A DNA stretch of 64,000 nucleotides from the NCBI GenBank assembly GCA_963804165.1, contig CAWDPO010000033.1:32001-96000 (forward strand), in the 5' to 3' direction. Of the stretch, positions 62,665 to 64,000 are shown in pieces. The position numbers and the translations under genes were made by a program. The notes under the pieces are model-generated. The model was not told the DNA's origin. It did not search any database and saw nothing but the letters and a program-made list of their open reading frames with translations. Source of the stretch: an uncultured delta proteobacterium (GTDB lineage: Bacteria > Desulfobacterota > Binatia > UBA9968). How positions within the stretch are numbered: the stretch's first letter is position 1; each line of letters starts with the position of its first letter.

Positions 62665-63617
62665 TCAGTAGCCTAGTTCTTTGTCGACAGATTTTGCAGC
62701 GGCTCGCCAGCGAGAAAGCGGCGAAGATTCTCCGCAAAGACCGGCAGCAGCGCTGACCATTTTTGGCTGGTGATGCCGGCGATGCGCGGCGTGATGATCA
62801 CGTTGGGCAAGGTCCATAGTTCCGAATCCTCCGCTAGCGGCTGTTTGGCGAACGCGTCGAGCACGGCGCCGGCGATCCAGTGCTCCTTCAAGGCGCGCAC
62901 GAGCAAGGGTTCTTCTATCGCGCGTCCGCCGGTGAGGTTGATCAGATAGGCGCTTTTCTTCATCGCGCGCAATTCATTTTCGCCGATTATGTTGAACGTC
63001 GACGGTACCGATGCCAAGAGCAAGACGACAAAATCAGATTGCATGAGCAACTGCGACAGGAATTCCGCCGTGCCCAATTCGTCGACGTAATCCGGTTTTG
63101 CCGTCGCGGTTCGTTTGGTTGCGAGAACGCGCATGCCGAGAGCTTTTGCTTTACGGGCCAATTCAAGTCCGACGGTGCCGAGCCCGACGATGCCGATGGT
63201 TTTCCCTTCGATCTCGAAGGGCGCGAATTTTTGCCAACGTTTCTGCTTCTGGGCGTCGATGCACTCCGGCAATTTTTTTGCGAGCATAAAAATGCCTGCA
63301 AGGGCGAATTCTGAAAATACCGTGCCGTGGATGCCTTTGGAGCCGGTTACTTGAATCGGGCGAGACTTCACCGTTGGTGTAAGATAGGCATTGACGCCGC
63401 CGCGCGTGACATGGAGCCACTTGAGATTCGGCATTTGTTGGATCAACGTGTCGGGCAGCGGTGCTTCGGTAAAAACGCCATTGACTTCGCTGATCCATCG
63501 GGGATCCATCGCGTCGTCGTCATCGCCTTGGCGTAGTTCACATTGCGGCGCGCTCTGCTTAAGCGCGGCTAATTCTTCATCGGGTAACTTAACTCGGAGC
63601 CAGATCTTGAACGACAT
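62665..63617 (-). CDS. D-2-hydroxyacid dehydrogenase-family protein with an atypical active site (indel near the 3' end)
   Basis: GIVGLGTVG Rossmann motif; the corrected C-terminus reads NLVDKELGY*. TPRIAG replaces the usual TPH. Confidence 0.8.
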
Positions 63618-63746
63618 ATTGGAGAGATAACGTGAGGCTATAAGAGTGTCAATCGAGAGATCGCTTCGTTGACGCCGATCAGAGCGCATGTTAGGTAGCG
63701 CGATAGTGTTGCGACTTGGTTCACATGTTCGAGGTTCAAAAGTTCA

Positions 63747-64000
63747 ATGCAAAGCAAGCCAAAAAATCAAAAAAGGCAGATTGAGAATTTGAAGCGCCGT
63801 CTGGTCGAGGGCATAGGCGTCATTACCGGCGAAGGCGTGCTTTCGGGATCGGGGCATTTGAGCGCACGCATTCCCGACACGGAAACTTTTTTGATTAACC
63901 CTCGTTTTGCCGGCGTGCTCGCCGATCCAAAGGATATTTGCATCGTCGGTTTCGACGGCAAGCGCATCGCCGGCGCGGGGCCGATTCCCTCGGAGACGCC
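63747..64000 (+). CDS. Class II aldolase/adducin-family protein (N-terminal part, truncated by the window)
   Basis: MQSKPK...GVLSGSGHLSARIPDTETFLINP...DICIVGFDGKRIAGAGPIPSET. Confidence 0.7.
   Translation, partial: MQSKPKNQKRQIENLKRRLVEGIGVITGEGVLSGSGHLSARIPDTETFLINPRFAGVLADPKDICIVGFDGKRIAGAGPIPSET

Overview
GC-rich bacterial genomic DNA. The large expansion of solute-binding proteins (SBPs) resembles Candidatus Binatia/deltaproteobacterial MAGs, but this is inference only. The left end holds housekeeping genes (ettA, cardiolipin synthase, DedA-like). Next comes a minus-strand three-subunit xanthine-dehydrogenase-family Mo-hydroxylase. Divergent from it is a ~49 kb block (10075-58902) with every gene on the + strand except an IS30 transposase. 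The block opens with a probable UGSC-type selenoprotein (in-frame TGA followed by a SECIS-like hairpin). It then interleaves 13 paralogous Fe3+/polyamine-class SBPs, served by one permease and one ATPase, with 6 Rieske oxygenase alpha subunits, 4 bicupins, 2 UbiD decarboxylases, 2 Gfo/Idh/MocA dehydrogenases, 2 signal-less SBP-fold proteins and 3 other SBPs. No reductase, ferredoxin, UbiX or regulator is visible in the window. Most spacers carry REP/MITE-like or short tandem repeats. An IS3 and an IS30 are inserted into palindromes. The right end has minus-strand MFS, LigB-type dioxygenase, BNR-repeat and atypical D-2-hydroxyacid dehydrogenase genes, plus the start of a class II aldolase. About 20 single-base frameshifts are scattered through conserved genes and are most likely assembly indels.
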